DNA from: a virus
Taxonomy: Duplodnaviria > Caudoviricetes
DNA length: 64,000 nucleotides
Strand: one strand, 5' to 3'
Virus record (IMG/VR): IMGVR_UViG_3300032334_001433
Coordinates: 128,001 to 192,000 of that record
The position numbers and the translations under genes were made by a program. Below, piece after piece: positions 46,814 through 57,000 of this stretch. How positions within the stretch are numbered: the first letter of the stretch is position 1; each line of letters opens with the position of its first letter. The notes below the pieces were generated by a model. The model was given only the letters and a program-made list of their open reading frames with translations, was not told the DNA's origin and ran no database searches.

Positions 46814-47247
46814 AAAACTTTAAAGAATTCATAGACGAACAAGAAGTTTGGGATGAGCCAAATCCTAAGAAGTCACACGGACATATGACACCTGCACAAA
46901 AGGCAAATGCTAAAGCAAGAGCAAAGGCTGCTGGTAGACCATATCCTAATTTAGTAGACAATATGGCTGCGATGAAAGAGGACTGGCAAGATACAAAATA
47001 CAAAAATCCTGAAGGCGGCTTAACTAAATCTGGAGTAATGGCATACAGAAGAGAACATCCTGGTAGCCATTTACAAACAGCAGTGACTACTAAACCGTCT
47101 AAATTAAAACCCGGAAGTAAAGCAGCAAATAGACGTAAATCATTTTGTGCTCGTATGAGTGGTATGAAAGACAAATTAACTTCTGCTGAAACAGCGCATG
47201 ATCCAAAGTCAAGAATCAATCTTGCTTTGAAGAAGTGGAATTGTTAA
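46810..47247 (+). CDS. Basic putative internal head protein
   Basis: MKNFKEFIDE; NPEGGLTKSG, RRKSFCARMSG...SRINLALKKWNC. Confidence 0.65.
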   Translation: MKNFKEFIDEQEVWDEPNPKKSHGHMTPAQKANAKARAKAAGRPYPNLVDNMAAMKEDWQDTKYKNPEGGLTKSGVMAYRREHPGSHLQTAVTTKPSKLKPGSKAANRRKSFCARMSGMKDKLTSAETAHDPKSRINLALKKWNC

Positions 47248-47302
47248 GACTCTTATTACCCAGGCTCATAGCGAATAATAACATCATGTCAATAGTTTGT
47301 CA

Positions 47303-48169
47303 ATGAAGAATATAAAAGAAAAGGAACTTTTGGTTAACTTTGCCCGATCAATGGGCCAGGCAGCAGATCCTGGTTTGGTTGAGGAAGTTGAACGAATTAA
47401 AAGCATAAAAGCTAGTGTCCGAAAGTCCGCAACTGAAAATATCTTCAAAGATTTAAGTGAAGCATTTAAACAAGCTAAATTGGTTCCTGTTAGTGAACCA
47501 GAAATAATTAAAGAAACAGTAGCAATAGAATATCCTAAACCTCCGAGTTTAGATGATCTAATGTTATTGCTAAATGAGAAGACGGAGACTGTAAATGAGT
47601 TGGTTCAGCCACAAGCCCCCGAAATACCCATCGCAGCAGCCTCCCCCTCCGCCCCCGAAGAAGTCGCCGAGGAAGAAACCAAAGCCGAAGAACCCGCAAT
47701 CGTAGAGAAAACACTTGCTGATAGAACATCAGATTTTATTAGTAAATCTAAAGATAGCTACCAGCAACCCGATCCATTAATTGTTGCATCTGATATGGAT
47801 GCTGTTACTAAGAAGTTAAGATTCTTAGAACAATGGATTAGTAAAATATCAATGGCAGGTCCTGGAGGCGGAGCAGGTGATTCTGTTTCGTTAACTAACT
47901 ATACAACACTTGTAACAGATCCTACTTATGTAGTAAGAAGAAAAGATTATTACATAGGTGTTAATTATGCAGGTGCAGTTAGAATCACTATGCCTACATT
48001 CGATGTAGTAGCTGGCAGGAAATTAATTATTAAAGATGAATCTGGGCATTGTTCTTCAAATCCAATTACAGTGGATGGAACAGTTGATAATGATGCAGGC
48101 GGATTTATTCTCCAAATGGATAATGGTGCAATACAAATGATTTATAGAAATGGTTGGAGAATAATATGA
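47303..48169 (+). CDS. Hypothetical late protein
   Basis: ORF; C-terminal GPGGG and DYYIGVN...KLIIKDESG module. Confidence 0.7.
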   Translation: MKNIKEKELLVNFARSMGQAADPGLVEEVERIKSIKASVRKSATENIFKDLSEAFKQAKLVPVSEPEIIKETVAIEYPKPPSLDDLMLLLNEKTETVNELVQPQAPEIPIAAASPSAPEEVAEEETKAEEPAIVEKTLADRTSDFISKSKDSYQQPDPLIVASDMDAVTKKLRFLEQWISKISMAGPGGGAGDSVSLTNYTTLVTDPTYVVRRKDYYIGVNYAGAVRITMPTFDVVAGRKLIIKDESGHCSSNPITVDGTVDNDAGGFILQMDNGAIQMIYRNGWRII

Positions 48170-49050
48170 CATATCTTTTTAATAGTAATACAAATGCAAC
48201 CATCTCCAATGAAATTGAGATTAAGAATGATGTTGGTAATTCAATACCTGTTATTGCAACAGTAAAGAACGGAAACGCTGTAGTATCATTATTCAATCCT
48301 TTACCAGTCACACTTGGTAGCGGCAACATACAAATATTTGGAAATACTAATATAATTGATACTGTTACTGTTTCATCAACTCCTCAAAATCCAGTCCATG
48401 TACACTTGACGGAAATAGGTACTGCAAATTTGATGACAATGGATTATATGCGAGTAGCAGGTAATGTTTATTTAAACAATAATTCATCCGTAGTATCCAT
48501 ATCAAATCCATTGCCAGTTACCATATCAAATATAGTTACTGTAATTGCAGAAGAAGCCGATGGAAATCTATTTTCCATTAATAATCATTTAATCAATACA
48601 AATCGTGGATGGACGATGGATGATACTATGCGTCCAGTTATAAGTTTTCGCGTATCAAATGTTAGATCAATATCTGAATTGACTAAAATTATAGAATATG
48701 AAATTGGTAATAATAATGCAAATCAAAGCACTATTATCTATGAATGGTATGAGGGAGAAATTAATTTATCGGGTGCAGCTGTTTCTGCATGGACTTCTGT
48801 TGGAAATAAAACTCAGTATAGAATTTATCAAGACAAATATAGTAGTAATCAAGGTAATACTTTTACACCAAACAGTTCAATTTTGAGACATTCTGGTATT
48901 ATTATTGGAAAAAATACTTCTGGAGACGAAGGACCGGCAACAATGTATGGAGGGTCAACACCTAATATGTTGACTCTTTGTATGCGTAGAGTTGATAATT
49001 CTACAAAACTTGATGTTTGGTTTGCATTTACTTTTAAAGAATTAATTTAA
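48166..49050 (+). CDS. Hypothetical virion structural protein
   Basis: N/T/V-rich; NPLPVT repeated. Confidence 0.6.
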   Translation: MTYLFNSNTNATISNEIEIKNDVGNSIPVIATVKNGNAVVSLFNPLPVTLGSGNIQIFGNTNIIDTVTVSSTPQNPVHVHLTEIGTANLMTMDYMRVAGNVYLNNNSSVVSISNPLPVTISNIVTVIAEEADGNLFSINNHLINTNRGWTMDDTMRPVISFRVSNVRSISELTKIIEYEIGNNNANQSTIIYEWYEGEINLSGAAVSAWTSVGNKTQYRIYQDKYSSNQGNTFTPNSSILRHSGIIIGKNTSGDEGPATMYGGSTPNMLTLCMRRVDNSTKLDVWFAFTFKELI

Positions 49051-49066
49051 CCAAACATTCTTATCT

Positions 49067-49074
49067 TATAAATA
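49067..49074 (+). promoter_or_regulatory. T4-type late promoter
   Basis: TATAAATA. Confidence 0.75.
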
Positions 49075-49105
49075 AACAGTATCAACTATATTCTAATGGA
49101 AAACA

Positions 49106-51013
49106 ATGGACTTTAAAGAATTCATCACAGAAGCGCCAGAAAGAACGGCCGCTTTTGCCTTTGGGAGATTCAATCCTCCCACCGTAGGGCACGAAAAACT
49201 AATAAACAAAGTTAAAGATACCGCTAAGGAACATGGCGCAACTGCGCACATCGTCACATCGCATTCTGAAGGTTCTTCAAAAGATCCGTTACCTCAGAAA
49301 GCTAAAATTGGATATCTTAAAAAAGTATCGGGCAAAGGCCTTAAGGTTTCTGGTTCGTCTAAAGAAGCACCTAGTGTACTAGATGCAGCAACAAATCTAC
49401 ATAAACAAGGTTACAAACATTTGGTTATGGTAGCTGGTTCTGATCGTGTAGATGAGTATCACAAACTATTACACAAATATAATAATGTACCAAGTAAACA
49501 CGGGCATTATAACTTTAAATCAATTAAAGTAGTTTCTGCAGGACAAAGAGATCCTGATGCAGAAGGTGTAGAAGGTATGTCTGGCACAAAAATGCGAGCA
49601 CATGCTAGAGCAGGTAATATGGACAAGTTTAAATCTGGTCTACCTGCAGCCCTGCATCCGCACGCTGAAGAAATTGCAAATCATATTAGATCAGTAAAAG
49701 AAGATTTTGAGAATCCGTATCGTCATGATTGGGGTACTCCTGAAGGAACTCTGTATATGCAGAAGATGACTCCTGGCGAAGATAAAAAGATGTGTCCATC
49801 CGGGTCAGTTTGGAGCACAACTAAATCAAAATGCGTTCCAATTAGAGAAGCATACCATGCATCTGAAATATTCAATATTGGTACAGTTGTAGAATCTAAA
49901 ACAGGTGATCTTGGAGAAATTGTTTATCGCGGTTCTTCTTATGTTACATTAGTATTAGAATCTGGAAATACTAAAAAATATTGGATTAATGATATACGCG
50001 AAAGCAATAAAGTATTGAAGATTAAAGAATTTGTTAGAAAATATGATGTTGTAGAGACTAAAGATTTAAGAAGAATTCCTGCTTTATTAATGTCTAAAGA
50101 ACAATTAGTTGAGAGAAATAATCAATCTATGGAAGTTGAGTATAATGGATATCATACTAAAAACCTTCATATGTGCGAAGGTGCATCTAAACAATTAAAA
50201 GATTTAATTGCAACATCTACGGCGAATTCAAAATACATATTACAAGCAATTCAAGCAACAGATAGTTATCTTGGCATAGAAAAAGAAGCAACTAAAACAG
50301 GATTTGCCGATGATAAGATGGTTCACGATTTTAATATGTACATGGCAATTGCCCATGATACCTTAAATATGCTTGGATACGGAGATGAGACATTGCTGTA
50401 TATGAAAAAACACGTAGCAGAAATTGGCAAATTAAGCCTACACAAGGATGGTACTATGGCAAACGAAACAGGATCAACTGTTCCTGTATTTGGACAGGGA
50501 GATGTTGCGGAAGGCGTAAATGCTGCAAACTTTAGAATGGTTTCTAGAGCAGGCCCTGATGGTAAAGAAAAATGGGTTAAACAAAGAAATACCCCAATTA
50601 TTAGAGACAAAAAGGTAGACCAAATGAACGATACAGATAAAGACGGAATTCCTAACGGTTCAGAAGGACAATTGCCGTCTACAAAGAAAGCACTTTCTTC
50701 ACTAAGAAGATCGCTAGGAATCCCGGTTAAAGAAACCTATGTCCCAGATCCTCCAACAGCAACAAGAGATATTAATGCCTCTCCTAACAAAGAAGTTTAT
50801 CATGGTATAGATATGCCAATTGCGGACCAGGGTTACCCGGATAAACCATTGGGATTGGCTTCATTCAAATCTTATTTGTCTACTCCACAAACAAAGAAAA
50901 TTGAAGCAGATAAGAGCAAGGAAATGCAAGCAGTTCATAGAGACAAGGCAGAACTTGGCACATCTAGTACTGCATATAAACAAATGATTAAAGCTCACTC
51001 TCAGGATAATTAA
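49106..51013 (+). CDS. Cytidylyltransferase-like (HIGH-motif) nucleotidyltransferase with a long C-terminal extension
   Basis: FGRFNPPTVGHEKL, VAGSDR, MSGTKMR; N-terminus MDFKEFITE. Confidence 0.75.
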   Translation: MDFKEFITEAPERTAAFAFGRFNPPTVGHEKLINKVKDTAKEHGATAHIVTSHSEGSSKDPLPQKAKIGYLKKVSGKGLKVSGSSKEAPSVLDAATNLHKQGYKHLVMVAGSDRVDEYHKLLHKYNNVPSKHGHYNFKSIKVVSAGQRDPDAEGVEGMSGTKMRAHARAGNMDKFKSGLPAALHPHAEEIANHIRSVKEDFENPYRHDWGTPEGTLYMQKMTPGEDKKMCPSGSVWSTTKSKCVPIREAYHASEIFNIGTVVESKTGDLGEIVYRGSSYVTLVLESGNTKKYWINDIRESNKVLKIKEFVRKYDVVETKDLRRIPALLMSKEQLVERNNQSMEVEYNGYHTKNLHMCEGASKQLKDLIATSTANSKYILQAIQATDSYLGIEKEATKTGFADDKMVHDFNMYMAIAHDTLNMLGYGDETLLYMKKHVAEIGKLSLHKDGTMANETGSTVPVFGQGDVAEGVNAANFRMVSRAGPDGKEKWVKQRNTPIIRDKKVDQMNDTDKDGIPNGSEGQLPSTKKALSSLRRSLGIPVKETYVPDPPTATRDINASPNKEVYHGIDMPIADQGYPDKPLGLASFKSYLSTPQTKKIEADKSKEMQAVHRDKAELGTSSTAYKQMIKAHSQDN

Positions 51014-51014
51014 A

Positions 51015-51452
51015 ATGAATGAAGAATTGGTCCAATCTCTCAATAAGGTATTAGGCAATACCTTTGTAATGTATTATAAGACACATAGTTATCATTGGAA
51101 TATTACCGGTGCAGATTTCTATGAGTATCATACATTCTTGCAAAGCATATACGAAGAAGTATATGAAGCAATAGATACAACTGCAGAACATATTCGAGCA
51201 TTGGATGCGTTTGCTCCTACATCGTTAATGAAATTGAAGAATTTTGCATCTGTTCCTGAAGATGATACGGTTGTTCCTCCAATGCAAATGATAGCAAATT
51301 TAATAACTGCAAATGATATTGTTATCTTATCATTAATGCAAGGTTATAAGATTGCAGAAGCTGCCGGAGAAATTGGTGTATCTAATTTTCTACAGGATAG
51401 AGTTATAGCACATCAGAAACACGCTTGGATGCTTAAATCTACATTAAAATGA
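51015..51452 (+). CDS. dps: Dps DNA-binding ferritin-like protein
   Basis: YYKTHSYHWNITG, HTFLQSIYEE, DTTAEHIRAL, HQKHAWML. Confidence 0.92.
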   Translation: MNEELVQSLNKVLGNTFVMYYKTHSYHWNITGADFYEYHTFLQSIYEEVYEAIDTTAEHIRALDAFAPTSLMKLKNFASVPEDDTVVPPMQMIANLITANDIVILSLMQGYKIAEAAGEIGVSNFLQDRVIAHQKHAWMLKSTLK

Positions 51453-51904
51453 TTTCTTTTATTGAATTCATAGACGAAGAACTTTCCGAAAGGGAAATGG
51501 ACGAAATAGCAGACCGTTTAAAATGGGAAGATATTGCCGACCTATATTCGCCAGATGAATTCATAATAGAAGAATTGGAAGAGTCGTTAACAGCTTCTTC
51601 TAGATTAAGAAAAGGCCAGCGCTTTAAGTCTAGAAAAACAGCTGTTGGTCAAGCTAGAAAGATGAAGTTAAAAAGAGCTTCTTCATTAGAAATATTAAAA
51701 AGAAGAGCAAATGCGGCAGCTCATAGAGTTTTACAGAAAAGAATATTGAGAAGTAGAAATAAAAAACAATTATCTGCTCAACAAAAAGATGCATTGGAAA
51801 AACAAGTCAAGACAATGATGGCATCGCAAGGAAATTTGGCTCAGAAATTATTACCAAAAATAAGAGCTTTAGAACGATCTAGATTGTCTGTTAAGAAAAA
51901 GTAA
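51449..51904 (+). CDS. Putative internal head/core protein (acidic N-terminus, basic C-terminus)
   Basis: MISFIEFIDE; LEESLT then an R/K-rich region. Confidence 0.6.
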   Translation: MISFIEFIDEELSEREMDEIADRLKWEDIADLYSPDEFIIEELEESLTASSRLRKGQRFKSRKTAVGQARKMKLKRASSLEILKRRANAAAHRVLQKRILRSRNKKQLSAQQKDALEKQVKTMMASQGNLAQKLLPKIRALERSRLSVKKK

Positions 51905-51954
51905 CAGATTAATTTTAATAAATAATAAAAGAACAATTAATAAAGGAATCCAAA

Positions 51955-53391
51955 ATGCAAAGAATCTCAAACGATTTATTTGAAGCAATCAGAGCTGTCA
52001 CACACCCTGTTTTAACTGAAGCAAAACTTGACCCAGTTGGTAAAGAAGATGCAGATGTTGACAACGATGGTAAAGTAGGTAAGTCGGACGACTATTTAAA
52101 GAATCGTCGCAAGGCAATTTCCGCTTCTATTAAAAAAGAAGAAGTTGAACAACAAAACGAAGCTAAATCAGAGTCCAAAAAAGATTTCCAGGCGCGTCAA
52201 GAAAGATTAGCTGCAGCTGCTGCTCAAACTGCAAAAGATCCAGCACGTTTAAAAAGAATGATGAATATTCCTGGATACTCAGCGGCAATGGATTTAGCTA
52301 AAAAAACAACTACAAAAGAAGAAGTTGAACAAGCCGACGAAGCTGCTGCCTTTGATCCAATGAAACATATTACTGATCCGCAAAAGAAAAAAGAACTTGC
52401 ACCGTATGCTAAACTTGTAAAGCGTAGTAGCTATGCTGATCGTGCAGCAATGCTTAAGGCCGGCGGAGTTAAAGAAGAAGTTGAAGAATTAGATGAAGGT
52501 AAAATGGATCATATGTCGTTGTCGAGTTTATGGCATCAGCATGCTAGACATAATTATTCATCGGATCAAGGCTATGGGCATGGTGAAGGTAGCATGAAGA
52601 ATGGTGCTCATGCCGCCACAGCAATTGAAAATCATGTTCGTAAGCATTATGGAAATAAAGTTGCTGATGATATGGTATCACATTCAGATATGGCAACTGC
52701 TGATGCTGAATATGCCGGTCCAGCAGAATCCAAGAAAATTCAGAAAGAAGCTGGTCAATTAAGAGCGAAGCATAAGATTGAAGGTAGTCTTCACGGACAC
52801 CATGCAATGCCCGTTGCCGAAAATACTCTTTCAGCAAAAGCTGGTCGTATGGGTGCAGACTTAGGCAAGCCAGGTAAAAATTTCTCAAAGATCTCTAAAG
52901 CAGCGGCAAAAAGATATGGTAGCGAGGCAGCTGGAGAACGTGTTGCTGGAGCAGTTCTAGCAAAAATGAGAAAAGAAGAAGCTGATCTAGAAGAAAGTGT
53001 AGCAGAAACAATTGTTAAGCATAATGACTTTACAATTGAAATTACTGATAATCCTACATTCGGAGATTTCCTAAGAGCAGTTCAATCTATTGTTAGAACA
53101 GACGAAGAAGCGGCCCAGGCAGAACTTATTTCAATTGCTGAGCAAGCATATAAAGAAAATAATGATGATATTATTATTGAATCCTTCACAAGAATGGAAA
53201 TTCAAGATAAGATCAATGCACATCGTAAAGCAGGCAATACTGTAAGCGATGATAAATATAGTACAAAAAGCGGACAACCTTATGCTGAATATGTCGTAAC
53301 TGATGGTGACGGTGGCCGTAAGAAATACATACACCATGGTTCGGTACGTCGTTTGGAATCACTTCCACCGGCTAAAAAAGCTAAAGAATAA
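51955..53391 (+). CDS. Putative internal head protein with repeated protease-site-like segments
   Basis: KEEVE three times, LTEAK, LEESVAE; LDPVGKEDADVDNDG. Confidence 0.6.
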   Translation: MQRISNDLFEAIRAVTHPVLTEAKLDPVGKEDADVDNDGKVGKSDDYLKNRRKAISASIKKEEVEQQNEAKSESKKDFQARQERLAAAAAQTAKDPARLKRMMNIPGYSAAMDLAKKTTTKEEVEQADEAAAFDPMKHITDPQKKKELAPYAKLVKRSSYADRAAMLKAGGVKEEVEELDEGKMDHMSLSSLWHQHARHNYSSDQGYGHGEGSMKNGAHAATAIENHVRKHYGNKVADDMVSHSDMATADAEYAGPAESKKIQKEAGQLRAKHKIEGSLHGHHAMPVAENTLSAKAGRMGADLGKPGKNFSKISKAAAKRYGSEAAGERVAGAVLAKMRKEEADLEESVAETIVKHNDFTIEITDNPTFGDFLRAVQSIVRTDEEAAQAELISIAEQAYKENNDDIIIESFTRMEIQDKINAHRKAGNTVSDDKYSTKSGQPYAEYVVTDGDGGRKKYIHHGSVRRLESLPPAKKAKE

Positions 53392-53434
53392 TTTGCATAA
53401 TTGCAATTATTAACAAACAAACAGGAGACTAAAA

Positions 53435-53980
53435 ATGTCAGCATGGGGAAAATTAGATAGATTAGAATTTGTTAGTGGTACATCATTTACTGCTAACTTA
53501 GGCAGCAATACCGTTGTGCTTTCAGCACCATATTTTACAGCAGCAAACGTAGATCCAGGCGATTCGTTAGTTCTTGGTAATGTAAATTACCGAGTAGGAT
53601 ACGTAGTTTCTTCAAATACGGTATACTTGGAAACAGGATATGAAAAAGCGAATACTGTAGGTAATGTGCAAATTGCAGTTCAACAATCTCCAAAATGGTT
53701 AAATACTAAAGGTTGGGGAAATACTGCAGGCCGTTATGCTAATACAGTTAGCAAGCGCACTGTATATGGTTTTGACCGTGTAGAAGCAAACGTCGCAGGC
53801 AACAAAGCAAATGGCTTCCTAAGTCCAGGTTGGGTTGAGTATCACACATATACTACAACACAAGGTAGCTTACGTCGCAAAGTTAATACATTGGTTGCAA
53901 TGTCTAAGAACTTTAATGCAAATGCTACCGGCACACTACAGACAGATGCTAACGATGATTCTATAATGTCTGAATCCTAA
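53435..53980 (+). CDS. Virion structural protein
   Basis: MSAWGK start; SPGWVEY, TLVAM. Confidence 0.6.
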   Translation: MSAWGKLDRLEFVSGTSFTANLGSNTVVLSAPYFTAANVDPGDSLVLGNVNYRVGYVVSSNTVYLETGYEKANTVGNVQIAVQQSPKWLNTKGWGNTAGRYANTVSKRTVYGFDRVEANVAGNKANGFLSPGWVEYHTYTTTQGSLRRKVNTLVAMSKNFNANATGTLQTDANDDSIMSES

Positions 53981-54030
53981 AACACTTCTTGATTATGAGC
54001 ACATTCAATTAGTAACCTTTTGGTGGTTTA

Positions 54031-57000
54031 ATGGCAGATTTAAAGATATCGCAGCTTGTCCAAGCTAATGTAGTAAATAAAGATGACCTAATATATCTTA
54101 TTCAGGATGGTCAAAGCGAAAATGTATCGGCAGGTACACTATTCGCTTCGATCACCGATCCTACATTATCTGGGAACATAATTCTTGGCGGCCCCGCTCA
54201 ATCTCTGTATACGTCGGGTACTATTAGTACAGCAACTACTAGAACCGATTTATATGGAGGAGTTTCCGCTGATGCAAATGCCGTTGCAAACGGCTCGGTA
54301 TTACCTACCTCATTATTCTTTTATACTGAAGGAAAATCTGCTACTGGACGCGGCATATCTTTTGCAAACGGTTCGCCGTTTACAAAGACGTTATATGTTA
54401 GAGCCCAAAATAATAAAATATATTTGGGCGCTGCTCAAGGGTCTACTTTTTCTTATCCTCCAGATGATTGGGTAGGCCCTACGGGGCTTAGACCTTTTCC
54501 TACAGGGTTAACCTTTACAAAGGGCGCAACCTATATATTTGATGTTAGTGATTCTACAAATGCTGGCAATGTAATTGGATTGTCAACATCAATTGATGGT
54601 ACTAATACTTTAGGAAGTAGATATACTGCAAATATTGTTGTAAATGGTACTCCTGGTAGTCCTGGTGCAAATATTGTTTTCACGGTTCCAAATGTTGGTG
54701 AAGATGCGGGCGGTAAAAAATATTTAGATCTTCCGCAAGGTGTTGATGGCCAATTAAAAGTTATTAACTTAGTATCTACTCAAGGTGGTAGATATACAAT
54801 ATCTAGCAATATTAGAAATAATCTTGCTATCGAATTATCAAAGACCGGAGATTCTGCATTCCTGATGTACTCAGGAAATGCTTGGTTATTAATTGGTTCA
54901 AATCCTGGATTAATAACTACATTCTCTGGCACTTCTGACGATATCGCAGAAGGACAAAAATTATATTTTACGAATGCAAGAGCCAGAGCAGCTATTAGCG
55001 CCGGCGATGCAAGTATAACTTACGATCCTATTACAGGAACAATTAGGGCAAATGTTTCTGGTGCTAGTGCAGTAAGTCTTGCAAATGCAGATTTAAATCT
55101 TGGTAATCTTACATTATCAGGACAATTCCGCGGCAATTTAAATGTCACGGGCTATGTAAAAGCAAACGGATTAACAATACAAGGTATTGATGTAACAAAC
55201 ACCGTACTTGCTGCAAATATTGTATCGCAAGTATCTACATCAAATGTATTCACTACAAATACTGCAACAATATATGGCAATATATTAGTTGGCGGCAATC
55301 TAAGTGTAAATAATACTATTCTTGCAAATGGCATTGTTATTGCAGGCAATGCAAGTGCATTAAATATCTTAACAACAAGCATCACTGCAAATGTTTGGAA
55401 TAATTTATACACCGCAAACGTAATTGAATCTGCAAGTAATTTATATTACACCAATGCTAGAGTTTATGCAAATGTATCTCCACTATTAGTAACTAAAGCC
55501 AATGTATCGGATTTAACTACTGCAAACGTAATTGAATCTGCAAGCAATCTTTACTATACTAATGCTCGTGTTTACGCTAACGTATTTCCATTATTATCAA
55601 ATAAGGCAAATGTTGCAGATTTAACAACAGCAAATGTAAGAGAATCTGCAAGCAATCTATATTACACAAATGCAAGAGTTTATGCTAATGTATTACCATT
55701 ATTAGCAACCAAAGCAAATATATCGGATTTAACAACCGCAAATGTTAACGAGTTTGGGTCAAACTTATACTATACTAATGCTAGAGTTTATGCTAATGTA
55801 TCTCCATTACTAGCAACTAAAGCAAATGTATCAGATTTAACTACTGCAAATGTTAATGAGTATGGAGCAAACTTATATTTCAGTAATGCTAGAGTTTACG
55901 CTAACGTATCTCCATTACTAGCATTAAAGGCAAATGTTGTTGATTTAACAACTGCCAATGTTGTTGAATATGGGGCAAACTTATATTTCAGTAATGCAAG
56001 AGTATTTGCAAATTTATCTCAGGCAAGCATAAATGCTTTAGCCGATGTTGATACCTCAACTGTTGCACCAACATTAGGCCAAGGATTAATTTGGAATGGT
56101 ACAATTTGGGCACCTGCTGCAATAACCGTTTCTGGTACAGAAGCATCAAATATTGCTAATGTAGTATTATCAATTGGTAATTTTACAACTGCAAATATTA
56201 GAGAGGCTTCAAGCAATCTTTATTATACTAATGCCCGTGTCTACGCTAACGTATCTCCATTATTAGTATTGAAGGCAAATGTTTCCGATCTAACGACAGC
56301 AAATGTTAACGAGTTTGGTTCTAATTTATATTTTACAAATGCTAGAGTAATTTCTGCAGTTGCAAACTCTACAATAAGTAATTTAACTGTTCTTGGAAAT
56401 ATAGTTTCCAGCGGAAATGTTTCTGCAAGTTATTTTATAGGTAATGGTTATCTATTAACTGGAATTGTAGCAAATATAAATTCTGTAAATGGTAATTTAA
56501 CTGTTTCAGGAAATGTAATTGCAAATACATTAATTATTGGATCTACATCTGGCGGTAGTTTAACAGGTGCCAATTTAGTACAAACAAATTATATTTCTGC
56601 TAATATATGGCAAGGAATATACACAGCCAATGTACTTGAATCTACAAGCAATTTATATTTTACTAATGCTCGTGTCTACGCTAATGTATCTCCATTACTA
56701 GCATTGAAGGCAAATGTTGTTGATTTAACAACTGCTAATGTAATTGAATCGGCAAGTAATCTATATTACACAAATGCAAGAGTTTATGCAAATGTGGCTC
56801 CTTTGTTAGTAGGAAAAGCTAATGTAGTAGATTTAACAACTGCTAATGTAATTGAAATAGGATCTAATTTATATCTAACTAATTCTAGAGTTAGATTGGC
56901 ATTGTCTGGTGGAACAGGTGTTATTTATAGTAACATTACAGGTATTATATCAATTGGACAAAATGTTGCTACAAACGCAAACGTAACATTCGGACAATTA

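Noticed and set aside
55405-56900. 108-nt repeats as a possible CRISPR array or DGR template/variable repeats
   Set aside because: They are in-frame coding repeats diverging mainly at synonymous positions; there are no unique spacers, cas genes or reverse transcriptase.
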